Source: Oopsacas minuta
Lineage: Eukaryota; Animalia; Porifera
Direction: 5' to 3'
Assembly (NCBI GenBank): GCA_024704765.1
Contig: JAKMXF010000007.1
Coordinates: 61,581-125,580, forward strand
Length of the DNA: 64,000 nt
In this document: piece after piece, positions 1 to 12,969 of the stretch
Layout of the letters: each line of letters opens with the position of its first letter
How positions within the stretch are numbered: the first letter of the stretch is position 1
Translations under genes and position numbers: made by a program
Notes under the pieces: generated by a model
What the model saw: the letters and a program-made list of their open reading frames with translations, nothing else
The model's database searches: none
What the model was told of the DNA's origin: nothing

Positions 1-416
1 ATATGGATCAATCCAGTGATAAAGGGCCCCCCCACCTAAACCCTTACAAAGGTGTGAAATAGCTCTCAGGCCATTGGCTTGATCTATTGTAAAGTGATCA
101 GGCCCAGCCATGCATTGAATAGGCCAAGGCCAAAAGTGATCAGTTTGTGTAGGTTCAAGGCCAAAGTTCCATATAGGTTCCTTGCTTGGCCCATATTTTC
201 CTTGTGCTCGGTATAACGCACTTTCTGTTGTCTCAGAGGATTTATATCCTGCCTCGCTATTAATTTATTGTACAGAATCGAGGTTCCCAAAAACACTAGC
301 CCAAAACATTTCACCCCTCCCCTTCCCTAAACACTTGCCCCACAATCGAACTGTCACGGGGAAAATAATTTTGTTTGAATTAAGTACAAGTTATGATGTC
401 TTATTACTAAGTAGAT

Positions 417-3400
417 ATGTCACTTAGCTTCTACCATGGTGAAGAATTCTCTTCATTTGGTAGTTTAGGCAGCAACCCAAGCACTTGCAGTACTCGCTCT
501 AACCTTAGTCAAAGAGTAGAGTTAGTCATAGCACCTCTCATTGAGGAACTGATATCTGTTTCACCCAGTTCCAGAGAGAGCGTATGCAAATTGGACGGTA
601 CAAAGAAACAGAATAATATATCCGTCTCCCTACTACTACAAAGTCTAGATCAAGCTGTTAGCAGTCTAGTACATACTGCTGAGATAATAGCTTATGAGAA
701 TGATAAGAAAGTTCGAAGAAAGATGCTTAATGCTGTGAACAGACTCAAAACATCTGCTAAACAGCTGTCACAACTAATGTCTGATAATATCCCACCATCA
801 CCTACTCACTGTATAGACACTGAGAAGTCACCGTCTCTGCGTGACGTAGCACGTGTTCTGCTTTATGACGTAGCATGTGTGTTGTCAGTAGCAGATAAAG
901 TGGATGAAAGGAAGTTACAGGAAGCTACTCAGTCTATAGAAAGTTGTTTGGATAGTTTAAGAGATGTTGTGTCTCTCACTGAGTTGTATCAACAGATAAC
1001 TCAATTCACTCCTGTCATGGCCAGACTAGCTAAACTAGCCAAGCAACGACAGAATGAGTTAGGTATGCTTGTTTACCGTTTTAAGTAGCTCGAAGGTATC
1101 CGCCCCGTAACCCAGGTAATATACTGTCCGGATCAATTATTCAAATTGTAACTGTCACACCAGAATTGGCCCGGACCAGTCTTGGCATCCAAACTGGTCC
1201 GGTGAGATTTGTCATGGATTACGTTTATTATATTCTCTTTAGACTGCTGTGAAGATAACTCGTGTTTAGTAGAAAGCTTGTCTTGGCATCGTAGAGTACT
1301 GACTATTGGCTGTGCTATGTTAATCTCTTCCTGTAAATGCTACGTGAGACATCCAGACATAGAGACTGCTAGAATTAACAGAGACTTCTCTTTTGATGTC
1401 ATTCTAGAATCTTCTAACATTATAGCCAGGGTATGTAGTAAACATGTATTTTATAGCAACTTAATTAAAAGGATTATTACTTTGTCAGTGATTGAAATTT
1501 TACACTTTATCCAGAATTTCTTGTTAACCGTGTTCGTATTAATGGTTATAATGTATGTGGCATTATAGTGTTCCAGAGTTATTAGAGCGAGTAGGGAAAT
1601 AGTCGATCACCAAATTAATCACAATCACGATCATTTTCCGATCACATTTCTGAAATATATAAACATCTCGTATAGGGAGAGGCTATATTACCTGCGGCAG
1701 TCCGTCCGTCCGTCCGGGCGGCCATGCGAAATCTACCAATCCGATTGCCATGAAAACGAGTACATCCACCTTCATATACACTTTGGGGTCTAGATTCACA
1801 AATTTTCAAATTCTGTCTGCCTAAAAAGATAGAAAATATGATCGAAAATTTCGGGAAAAACGATTGCGATCTTACACTCGATCACTGTTTATACAATGAT
1901 CGCCGATCGTCAAATACAAATGCCCTAGAAGTGAGTATATATTAACCTAGCCTCCTAGAATCCTTACATATGTATACGTATATGCATACTGCATACTGCA
2001 TAGGCGCCAAGTTTAGTTACGGAGACTGTATTTATGTGAAACCACATAGAGGTACCAGAAATTTCGGTGACTCCCCTGGTTTGATTTGTTACCTAGAACT
2101 TGACGCTAATGTGTATATGTACAGGCTACAGGTATTACTCCGGATACAGCGAGCAGATATTGACCTTCCGTTGGTGTCGTATTAACGTGGTTCCACTGTA
2201 TTTGATTTATAACAGTCATATTTGTATAGATTATGGGAGATAACTACGTTCCTCCAGACTTCACCTTAGAAACAGGAGGAGCTTTCTACCAGCAGATAAC
2301 CTCTTTCCAAATTCTCACACTCATGCCCCCAGAAGATAGCACTACACTTAAACAGACAGCAGACATACAACACATCCTCAGATACCTCATTGACACATCT
2401 GACTCCATCACTGAGCTGGTATCAACCAGACCCAAGCATTCCAGAATGCTTAAGCTGTTTCGTGTACAAACTAAACAGTACCTGGATAATAGTGATAAGA
2501 TCAGTGATCTACTGTCTCATGGGAATGATTTAGCTGAAATGTGTGGGAGTCTGTGTCATGCTATCGATCTGTCTAATCTTGATGCTCTGCTGGATTTATA
2601 CTCTCAGTTAAGAGAACCTCTACAGGAGATACGTACTGCTGTTAGAGCAGTTGATTTCCTAAAGGTTCAGGAGGCATTTGAGTGAGTTATATTTATCTAT
2701 TGTATCTAGATGGATAGCATTTACTGAATTTATTAAGATACATATACAGAGTATAGATTTTCTGTTTAGATTTATTCACACTACTATTACTCTATAGTTC
2801 ATTCTTCCAATTGATGGAGCGGATCCTACAGGTATCAGACAACATCTCATCCTCATGCTCTGACCCTCAGAGTACTCGTCTCATCAGATTATCTACTGAT
2901 CAGCTGACACGATTAGCTACACAACTGACCAGTGCAGCTAGATCTAGTTGGCAGCGTCAAAACTCTCGAGCAGCATGGAACTGCTTTGAGGCTGTCACAC
3001 AGTTATGGCAGCAGGAGCTGACTCTGCTACTTGACTCATTAGACTCTGTGGTATCACTGAGTGATTTCCTATCTGTAGTAGAGTTACATCTACAGCAGCA
3101 CCTGGCTAATAGTGTCGCAGCTGTTGAGAAGTGTGACGTCAGTATTGTAGCTGTTTGTAGGTCTGGTATTCAAACTGTGTGCTCTCGTATCCTCTGTATT
3201 ATAGAAGGATTCCTGACAGATGGAGATGTTGACATGGAATTGTATATTCAGCAGAATGTTAACTCGCTGATCTCAGTGCTGAGAGGAGAGTTGTACAAGT
3301 TTGACGAAGAAATGAATTTTATTGAATTAAGTCTATCTGATAGCAGATCTAGTTATGAGAATATCGAATCTTATAAGGAGATTACTGACAAAATATTTGG

Positions 3401-4340
3401 GATTGTTACTTCCATTAAGAATATATTGGTAGGGTTAATGAGTGAAGAAAGTGAGTTGAGTGTGTGTGAACGTATTCATGATATTTCTCAACAAAATACC
3501 ATAGCAATACAGGATAATAATAATGAGATGAGGAGAACGTCTTATAGACGGGTATCTCGCTCCAGGACTCCTCCCCCTCGTGGCAGAGATACAGAAGTAC
3601 AAATTATTCTGAACAGCTTGCCTCCTCCTGAGAAGCACCGCTTAGAATCTGCCAGACAGGAGTTCCACATTCACCAAGTTAAACTAGAATCTGCAGTGAG
3701 TAAATGGGACGAGACAGAGAATGACGTCATATTCTTAGCTAAAGATATGTGTGTCATGATGATGGATATATCAGACTTTACTAAGAGCGAGGGACCTATT
3801 CACAAACCTTACGACCTAATACAAACTGCTAACAAGCTAGCTACTTCTAGTCAGCAGTTAGAATCTCTTATAACTAATATTATTGAAAACTGTAATGAAG
3901 AGAATTCTATCAAGGATCTACAAGCTTATTTGGGTGAAACTAAACTGTACTCACATCAAATTAAAATGACAAGTAAAGTGTATAAGGATTTGAATCGTAT
4001 TAAACACAATACTGATAGTCTGAGCTCCATTGTTATATCTTCTAAGAATCTACTAAATACAGTTGTAAAGCTGGTGATGTTATCCTATATAGCTTGTAAT
4101 AAAATTGTTAAGTCAGCTGGAAGCAAAGGTAGTATGTTAGGACTCGTTAAGTGGAAGATACGTCCTCCAAACAAGAAACCACTCTGTAGGAGTTCTTCAG
4201 CTTACAGCTTGTCATCTAGTACTAGTCACGCAAGCAGACCTGGCACTGGTAGACTATCCTCTACACAGCGTATTAAAGCTCCTGTACAGGTACTGGATGA
4301 ATTTGAAGTTCAGCTAAACGAGAAAATAGCTTTTCTGTAA
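417..4340 (+). CDS. CTNNA: Divergent alpha-catenin (vinculin/alpha-catenin family), 4 exons: 417-1062, 1243-1430, 2230-2681, 2798-4340; ~942 aa
   Basis: Segments match alpha-catenin: QRVELVIAPLIEELISV (cf. LAVERLLEPLVTQV), HPDIETARINRD (cf. HPDVAAYKANRD), SKWDETENDVIFLAKDMCVMMMDISDFTKSEGP (cf. SKWDDSGNDIIVLAKQMCMIMMEMTDFTRGKGP), SKNLLNTVVKLVMLSYIA, VKWKIRPPNKKPL, PVQVLDEFE. GT-AG sites give consistent phases 1/0/2 and sum to 2829 nt = 943 codons. Confidence 0.9.
1100..1205. repeat. Small GGTCCGG/CCGGACC-type repeat remnant in alpha-catenin intron 1
   Basis: Perfect 10-bp inverted repeat CCGGACCAGT (1171-1180) / ACTGGTCCGG (1193-1202) with an inner TTGG/CCAA stem; GC-rich relative to the intron. 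Confidence 0.45.
1570..1960. mobile_element. Non-autonomous repeat in alpha-catenin intron 2, DINE-1/HINE (Helentron-associated)-like
   Basis: (GTCC)n microsatellite at ~1701-1718 followed by CCGATTGCCATGAAA; similar motifs in the opposite orientation at ~43180-43230. Family call is by resemblance only. Confidence 0.35.
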
Positions 4341-4419
4341 CTAGTGATTCTGTTATTATATTGAAATTATTATTTTTATGTTTAAATATCTGTAAACCGC
4401 TTAGAGCTAGGTTGCTTTA

Positions 4420-4860
4420 TGACTTGAATTTAGGTATTTGCACGCTGGCCGAAAATATTACCGCGGCACGCGATTTTAAGTTAATCCGGCCCGCAACTAA
4501 ATATTTGGCCGTTAGAATCCGTATAATGACAATTGCCACAACCCCACTATGTAAACCATTTATGTCATTTTATGGGGTGAGTTTCTGCAAACCCAAATAA
4601 ATGAAGACTTATATAAACTGCTGTAACAAAGTTCCATTTAGGTAAGTAATTCCTTAATTGTTACCTCGTAACAATTACAAAGATCCCGTATCAGTTGTCA
4701 TTGCGGAGAGTCCTACCTAGGTTTTCGGCCCGCAGAGCTCGCTAACAATATTATACTGCAGGCTGGATCAGCCCGCGTGTAACTCTGGCTTACACAATAA
4801 CCGCCGTGTAGTTACCACATTCCGGCCCGTAGCCCAGCTATCTATTTATTCGGCAGGCGT
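4420..4860. mobile_element. Decayed hAT-type MITE remnant
   Basis: Repeated GGCCCGC/GGCCCGT subterminal-type motifs in a GC-richer patch; no clean TIR or TSD found. Confidence 0.3.
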
Positions 4861-4869
4861 GTAACTTGC

Positions 4870-5923
4870 TTTGATTTGAATTTCCTTAACTCTGACATGT
4901 TTCAACGGTCTTACTCCACTGCTAATGTCATGTAGTGGGGCTGTGCCAGTAATGCAAACTAAACATCTGAAACCTGTACATGATTCTTCTTGACCAGATT
5001 CTGACAATTGCCTGTATGATTACGCTGGACTTCGGACTTATCCCTGATCCAAAATTTTCTTTAGTAAGTTCGCTTTGTATAACGAAGGGCACAACTCGAT
5101 TTAAACTTTTAAAGTGTCGCGTGCCATCATGTCGACAACTTTGATAACTTATTGCTCCAAAACTATAATTCTGAACAAGATGCTCAATAAAGGTAAAATC
5201 TACTACATGCTCTACGTCAGGATATGTCCAATTGCTCATATTCTTACAATTGTTGCCCTGGATGTTCACAATACAGAAGTAACAATCATCATAATGGTTT
5301 TTTGGCTCCCTCCAAACCATTGATATACCAACTTCAGACTTCTTCTCTTACAAACTGTCCTTGCCGCAGATGCTCCGTACAAGTTTTACATACTATGTGA
5401 GGGCCCATAGTTCATCTTGGTATCCAAGCTTGACTCCAAAAAAGCAAGATGTGCCTTCTTAACAAAGTCAGAAATAGGTTTGCTATGTTCCTCTCATAGT
5501 ATAGCTACCACGAGTAGAGCAGAATACATCTGGGTTATTTAAACAACTTCTTCGTGAACGAAGCCATGTAATACAATAATATCTACTTAGTATTTGAAAT
5601 GGAGTTCAATAATAAATGATAACATGAATTATATCCATAACTATTAAGCATGCATGAATAAATGAAAGATACTATATTTCAAGACTTGAGTCAGGCACAA
5701 AATTGTTATGATTTACTAAAGAACATGGAATAGTTAGGGTAAAATTCCAAATTGAGTCCCACAATAAAGGCGAGTCAGAATTTAAGGAAATATAATCTAT
5801 CTCAAAAACTAGAGCTGATGGAGCAAAACTGATGGTAGTTTTGGAATCAGCAGATCAAGTATACTCCAAAATAGGCCTAAAATCTGAGGCACCAAAGATT
5901 ATTTTCATTTCTGTTGGGCTGTG
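4870..5923 (-). mobile_element. Truncated Chapaev3-like (CMC/EnSpm group) DNA transposon with transposase N-terminal remnant
   Basis: Minus strand reads KPISDFVKKAHLAF..GVKLGYQDELWA.HIVCKTCTEHLRQ... then MVWREPKNHYDDCYFC, the Cys-rich N-terminus I associate with Chapaev3 transposases. The terminus CACAGCCC (rc, ends at 5923) is flanked by TTA, fitting CAC ends and a TWA target. The other end was not found. Confidence 0.6.
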
Positions 5924-7764
5924 TAATGGTTTCAATTTCACGTATCTCATCGATCTTGTCGGGATTGAGTGTATTTCCATGTAAATGCTTGAGTATTTAA
6001 CTTCTCGTCAGTTTTTTAGTGCCCTTTTTATGTATGGCATCTGACCTGATATGACTATTTTTACAAAAAATACTGATTTATATTTGGTGTAAGTGATAGT
6101 CTAGCCATTATTTAATAGAAAGAGCCCCCAAGGGGAACATCTCGCCCTAGGGCCAGATGTCCAGGGACTCCTGGCACTAGTGTTAGAGGTCAGGGGGGGA
6201 CATCTGACCCTAGTGCCACGAGTCCGGAGGGATAGCTGACCCTCTGACACCGGCACCACACAAGCATCTTCGTTTCAGTAATAAATTAGTATTCAAGTAG
6301 TAAGTCAACAAGTATAATTGATGAATTAAGAAAAAAGTTAGTAAACGAATATACATATAGTGTAATGTATTTATACTATACAATATCCTAGTGTAAAATT
6401 GGTGCCTAAAATCTGGCCATCAAATTTGACATTATATTATCCATGGTAACCAAATTATAGGCTGTGCCAGTGCCTAAGTGTATTAGAATGCTAGGCTATG
6501 GCCATCCAAATTTTATTTAACGGTTTGTCAGGGTATAGATACCAATTTTGACATTTTCAAATCTCATATTTTCGCACCTATCTGCACATATCTCAAATTG
6601 ATGCTAGAGATTCGATTCAAAGTTAGACATGGGATTGCATCATAATTTTTCAGAATCTTTATCATAGGATTTGCAAGGATATAAGAAGAACAGTAGGGGA
6701 CTAATATTGTTGAATATCATGAGAGTCAATACAGGTTGCTTTGTATTTAACCTGAAATATTTCTAAGATCCAGGAACCCAAAATCAGTCGGGGTCTGGTG
6801 CATTCCCGTATCTATACGGGAAGGTCAGGGCTGCACTACCAGTCTGTCGGCTGGACATTTTTTATACTTCGTTTATTCACCCAAAATTTACATTTATTTT
6901 ATCAATTGCTAGAATTATATATAATTTATGTATGTCAACATTTTTGACCATTTTGAGCAGCTCTGTTCTAATAAATGAAGATTGTAGGAGAGACGGTGTA
7001 GAGAACCGAACCTCATGAAGATATACTATGATTGATAAACATCTGATTACTCCACCTAATGCAAAGAACAGTGAAACTAAGGGTTACAAAGTAGGACAAC
7101 TGCTAGCTATCTCTGCTATATCTCGGTGTGTTGGTTTCGCTGATACTGATTCTAATCTCAAGACGGAAGTATTAAAACCACTCTTTCCTCTATTCACGCG
7201 GGATCCCTATAGAAAAATCGCGTGCTTATCATAGATCAGATATCTTGTCTTACACAACAAGAAATTAAACTAGCCCTCTCATTGATTGACAGAGCTAGTT
7301 AGTTCAACTATACAAGAGTGTAGTCCTGAGAAGCTTAGCTATTCCATTCTCTTTTGTATTAATTATTCTAGCGTTAAACATGCTAACAAACTGGTTAAAT
7401 CGTGAGTACATATATCCCCATTGAATTCAGAAGAGCACCTCTCTGCTATCACTGATATAATCCTACAGTCAGTAATTCGTATGTATGTAGACCCCTGTAT
7501 CACTCTCTCTAATGAGTATTTCTTGAAAACAGAGATGTTCCAGTCTTTCTGGAAGATGTTGGTAGAAGAAGGGATATTTGAAATGGATCTTAAACGGAAG
7601 TGTATGACATTTGATTTATTCTATCCTCAATAAAATGTAATTCTCCTATTTCACATATTTTCAATCCTTTCCCCCTCAATAGTGTTACTATTCAGACCAG
7701 CTGTTCAGACAGACAAAGAGCACTTACACACGAAAGGTATTAACACTCTAAATAAGATATTCTA

Positions 7765-8310
7765 CAGGGGGCGTCGCCAGACGTTTGAAAAGGGGGGTGT
7801 TAATCAGGTACCTCCCAGAATATTCCTTTCAATAAATGAGTTTGCTATCGGACAAATAATCAATTTTATTGTATTTAGTATTCAATTCTAGTAGTAGTAT
7901 TAAGTTGAATATTTACAATATTAGTAATATATAAAACAATATTAAAATAGTAGGCTTGCTTATTCTATTTTCCTTGGATGTTTTGAAATGAAAAGCCTAC
8001 AAATTTCATCTACATTTAGCTGAGTTTCATAATTCATAGTAATCAAAGCATAGGCACTGAGTCGTTCTTCAGTCTGCGTATATCGCAAGTAAGTGTTTAG
8101 TCGTCGTCTGAGAGCAGATGTAGACCTCTCACACGAGCATCGATGAACATATACTAATGCCTAATGGGGTTGTCATAGAAATAACTACTTTTAATTCACA
8201 CAAGAAATATGCAAGGTTTCGGGTTAAGAAAAGTGAATACCAACCATGAAGTCATTGGCTCAAAAGGGGGGTACTTGCGCACCCCCCTTCACCCCCTGGC
8301 TACGCTCCTG
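7765..8310. mobile_element. hAT-type MITE (CAGGGGCGT...ACGCTCCTG termini) inserted in the MYBBP1A pseudogene
   Basis: Left CAGGGGGCGTCGCCAG versus right rc CAGGAGCGTAGCCAG; G/C-run subterminal motifs; no clean 8-bp TSD. Confidence 0.65.
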
Positions 8311-10239
8311 TTCATTCTCATTCACAACAGACTGATATCTCCTATAACTATTATATCATTAGAACTGTGCTTATTTTCACCTCAGAATATATCAATTTTC
8401 TATAAGGAGTATCAAGCAGAGAGCACTGATATATATATATTCGAAGTGAAGATACACTTATATTCATTCAATCTCTGTTTGAGTATTTTCTTGAAGGAAT
8501 ATTCTCATCCCTTACCCTCCTGTATCTTCACGGCCCTCTAAGTTATTTACTCCCCTCCTAGCCTCCAGGACTACACACAATCCCCGGTTCTGCAGTTGTG
8601 TTAACTGAAGGGAGATTACATGATGTCACTCACTGAAGAGGCTTTCATTAAATTTCTTACAACTCACTCATTCTTTGTTCTACTAAAAGCAATAAATCAT
8701 TTCATCCTGCTAGGATAGAGTTAGAGATAGAGCTGCATCAGGATGTAAGAGCTAGATGTAGAGAAGTCTTATTTCTATTCTTAACAGAGTTTCTGACTGA
8801 GGATACTAGAAAACTAGCTTACTCCTCACAATTAGGATTTGCAGTCAAATGGATTCTATCAATGCTTGACAGACCTAATTACGTCAGACACTAAAGATAC
8901 TGAGATGATAGATCTGCTCAAATCAGTGTACCCTCTCACTATGGAGCTGTAGAGAGAGTTAGAAGCAGGAGAAGTGAGTAGATATCAATCTGACCTACTC
9001 TCTTGTATTCACTACTACTCTCTACTGCTACTCACAGATTCTAGCAATAACACAAAGAACAGTCTACACATACTACTACTGACTTATAATACAATATTTA
9101 ATGACCGCACGAGTAGTTTAACAGAGTTTATTATCAGAACTCTTTCACATAACACACATCTGTCTCGTACTATATCGGATATGTTGTTCCGTAGAATTAT
9201 ACCACAGGTAACACGTGATGCTATTTTCCTGCTAATTGACTGCATTTGACAGAACAGACACAAGACGATGAAAATACAGATTCTGACAAAAATTCGAATA
9301 ATTCTGAATCTCTAGAATCTGATAACGAAGATACAGATAACAATACAAACATGAGTGTAGAGATGCGGGACCTTCTGTTTGGGTGAGGTAGAGCAGGGAT
9401 CAGATGCTGAATCACTTGACATGGACGAAGATGAGGAGAGATTGAAAGGAAGTGGCATTGCTCTCTCTGAGTAGTTTCATCAGAAGAAAAATGATAATCC
9501 GGAGAGATTGGAGAGAGATAGAGACATAATTCATCTCCATTTCCGTATTCGGGTGCTATCCTTGATACAAATGTATATTGAGAAACAGACAGACAGTCCT
9601 CTGTTGATCTACCTCGTGGTACCTGCTTCTGAATGTCTCATCCTCTCATTGAATTATGACAAACTTGAGGAATTCTATTCTAAACTAGTATCTCTATTCT
9701 CTAAGAAATTGTGTACATCTAAATGCGAGTTAGATGTTAGTACAGAGTTAATGTGTGTTGTTCTTAAGAGAGAATTCCATCTAGCTGTATCTGCTCCTAG
9801 CTTGGTACTAGCTAAGCTACTCACTAGCGGAGTTGGTATTATCCTTAAAGCAATGAGAAGAAGTGATATACTAGCAGAATGTTCTGTTGAGTTAACTGAT
9901 ATTGTGGCAGAATGTTTGAATTATTTCGCAGAGAAGAAACACGGTTATCAGTGGAATCTACCTTTCTTGAAACTTATTGAGTTTGCTCCTCTCATAACCT
10001 GCAATCTAATACCAACTCTGATGCAAGCAATTAATACCAATAGCTACAAATTCCAAACCAGAAAATGTGAAGACATTTTACAGTGTATTCTCCTATCTTC
10101 TAATTCTACTCCCTTCCTACATATACTTTTATTACACAACTCCATACATTCTACACAGCTAAACTATCAACTTTTGTCAGACTATGCTAGCTCTAGCATT
10201 ACCTCATCGTCAGCTCTTAGCTAAAGATACAACTGAATT

Positions 10240-11978
10240 GATTAGCGGACATTTTGTTCCCTGGACATTTTGTTCCCTGGACATTTCGTTCCTTGGACAT
10301 TTTGTTCCCTGGACATTTTGTTCCTTGGACATTTTGTTCCCTGGACATTTTGTTCCCTGGACATTTCTTGAAGGAAGATTCCTCCTTTTCATATTGTCGG
10401 GTTGATTTCATAACATTGGTATTAGATTTCAAAAAACAGTTATTACTATTACACCTAGCCTATTGTTAGCAGGTTATTGTTCTTTTTCGGAACAAATTAA
10501 TTTTGTTCTAAGGTATCAAATTGCTTAAATTGATTACATTGTATAAATAGAACGTAGCACATGGAATTTTATATGCACTACAATTTCCATGGCCACTCCA
10601 AATGTTGTGATTGAAATTCTGAAATCTAGTAGAGGCAAAGAAAAGGCTTACATAGATGGTTTTTTGTATCCTCTAACTAAGTCTTGTTATCCCTACTTAC
10701 ATTGGCTCTGTGAAAACGTGCAACCTGTAAAGCCCGTATTTCTACCAAAGAGGGAGTTGTGATAAAACCTGAGAGCAGATCTGATATCCACTCATCTCCC
10801 ACCCATGGACCAAATCCTGTGCGAGGTGAGATGATTAAAGTTATCACTCAAATGAAAGAGCGCGCATTGAATTTTGAAACCAGCACCAGGTCCATACTTG
10901 CTAGTGGATTAGGATCAATGAATGAGTCAACTATAGCAGCACTACCAAAGTTTAATTCAATACAACGAACAATCCGTCGTACCAGATCGAGTGGTGAGAA
11001 TTTTGATAACTCTGCTACGGCTACAGAAATTATAATCCCTGAAAAATATAAATTAATCTCAAAAGGACAGCAGTTCTTGCTATATGATTCAGGCATACAT
11101 GAGACCAACAGACTGCTAGTATTTGGCACTCATCAAATGCTCAATCTTTTACGGGACACAAGTAATTGGTATCCAGATGGTACATTCCGAGTTGTTCCCA
11201 TTCAATTTTCCAGTTATACACAATTCATTGCGAGAAAGATGGACACATCATTCCATGCATATATGCACTGATGTCAACAAGCTTCAATCTACATACGATG
11301 AACTACTCAAAAAATTAAAAGAGATCGAACCTGAATTAGATCCGTCACCCATTATGGTAGATTTCGAAAAAGCTCCAATTAATGCTCTAGAAGAAAAATT
11401 CTTAGCTGTTATATCTGGTTGTTTTTTTTTCATCTGTCGCAGAGCATTTATCGTTAAATACAGTCGAGAGGGTTGGCTACACTAATCTCGAAGATGAGGA
11501 ATTTGCAATAAAAATGATGCTAGCAAGTCTAGCTTTTGTGCTGGAATTTGAAGTAATTGATTGCTTCATAATATTGATGGGTAATTTCCAGGAATCAGGT
11601 AAAGAGGTAGCTGAATATTTTGAAGTTAATTACATCGGGAAGAGACGTGAAGATCAAAGTAGGCGAATACCACGCTTTCCAATTCGAATTTGGAATATGT
11701 TTACACGAGTAAGATCCAGATTACTCCGAACAAACACTTCAGTCGAAAGATGGCATAATGCCTTTAGATCAGGAATCACTTGTTCACACCCAAGTTTTGT
11801 AAAGCTCTTAATGCACCTGCAACGTGAGCAATCTCTACAGGAGGCAACTCTAGTCAGATGGGAGACTGGTGAAGTGCCAAAGACTTCAAAGCACAGTAAA
11901 TTTACTTTCATTAAAATTCTTGACTATTGGATACGTAATTGGCAACGTAATATCTAGGCAACCAAATGTGCGTTTCCC
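10240..11978 (+). mobile_element. Mutator-like (MULE) transposon with decayed FLYWCH+MULE transposase (~10590-11957)
   Basis: 9-bp TSD AACTGAATT (10231-10239 / 11979-11987). Imperfect 22-bp TIR (15/22 match). Motifs KAYIDGFLY..HWLCE, WYPDGTFRVVP, IMVDFEKA..NA, GCFFF, RTNTSVERWHNAF; several frameshifts. Confidence 0.85.
10247..10366 (+). repeat. Tandem 16-bp repeat GGACATTTTGTTCC(C/T)T, ~7.5 copies (MULE subterminal array)
   Basis: Directly visible; begins 7 bp inside the MULE left end. Confidence 0.95.
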
Positions 11979-12969
11979 AACTGAATTATCAGATTTCATT
12001 ATGAAGAAACCAATCAGCTGATCGATCAGATTTCACCTACAGACAGAATAGCTAACTGTCAAAGATTGAGTAGAGTGTGTTCCTCATTAGCTAATGCCTT
12101 GACATGGTCAGTAAGTAGTTCCAGAAAGAAGAGGAGAGGTAAGTGTACAGGTAATGTTAAACGGATAGGTTTAGCTTGTTGGTAATCATTATACTATATA
12201 ATAGCATTATAAATGTAGAATTTTCTGTTTAGAAATGTTCAAATACAATTTCCGTATTGTAGATTGTATGCGGGCTTATTTATTTAGTACGCTTTGGTAG
12301 GGGTCACTATTGTTTTGGAATAACCCAAATTCATTAATTTTCTAACGAAATTTGATGCAATGCAACTAGATATGTGCTAGATGGATTCGTATTCTTAAGT
12401 AGATCATCGTTTTTTGTATTGAACAAATGGCTTTGCATTTTAGGTTTGGACAATTTTGTTCTTTCAATTAAAATCGAATGTTTTGTAGAACTGTCATTAA
12501 CACTATATCCAATAAGTTTGTTTGGAAATTTGCAGCAGGGTTAATTACGAAGGAAGTAAAGTATCACTAGCTCTATATCCAATATACTGTATCAAAAGCC
12601 AACAAAGCCATGGGAAGTTTTTCGAGATCAAAGTCATTGATTAAATTCAGTTCCCTAATACGAAATATCTCCTCATGTAAACATTTTTGGTCCCTTGTAA
12701 GTTCACAAAACCGACCATATCTAACTATCTTCCTTAATCAATAATGAAATGATTATGCACTCCGAGAATTCTCAATTTTAACTTTAGAATAAAGAAATGA
12801 ATATATCTGTAGTATAAGAGTGTTTAACTACGTTGTAAGAAATATACTCTAAAATTTGCAGTACAGTCGTGATAAGAAATCATAAAATTTATTAAGATTA
12901 TATTCTATTTCCCTTTACCTCAGTGTATGTACTATGTATGTAAGTTAAATTTATCACGATTTGCATACC

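Larger units (their letters stand above)
6980..12180 (+). pseudogene. MYBBP1A: MYBBP1A / DNA polymerase phi (Pol5)-like pseudogene
   Basis: FQSFWKMLVEEGIFEM (cf. FPRFWKEVVEQGLLKM), an acidic linker, then HFRIRVLSLIQMYIEKQTDSPLLIYLVVP (cf. DFQIRVLDLVEVLVTKQPENALVLELLEP), and a basic RKKRRGK tail at ~12120. Multiple in-frame stops and frameshifts and two TE insertions (7765-8310, 10240-11978). Confidence 0.75.

Noticed and set aside
1970-2185. ORF as an extra alpha-catenin exon
   Set aside because: No family similarity; exon 2 (phase 0) joins 2230 directly in frame.
10184-10469. Several short repetitive ORFs (GHFVPWTF...)
   Set aside because: Translations of the 16-bp MULE subterminal array.
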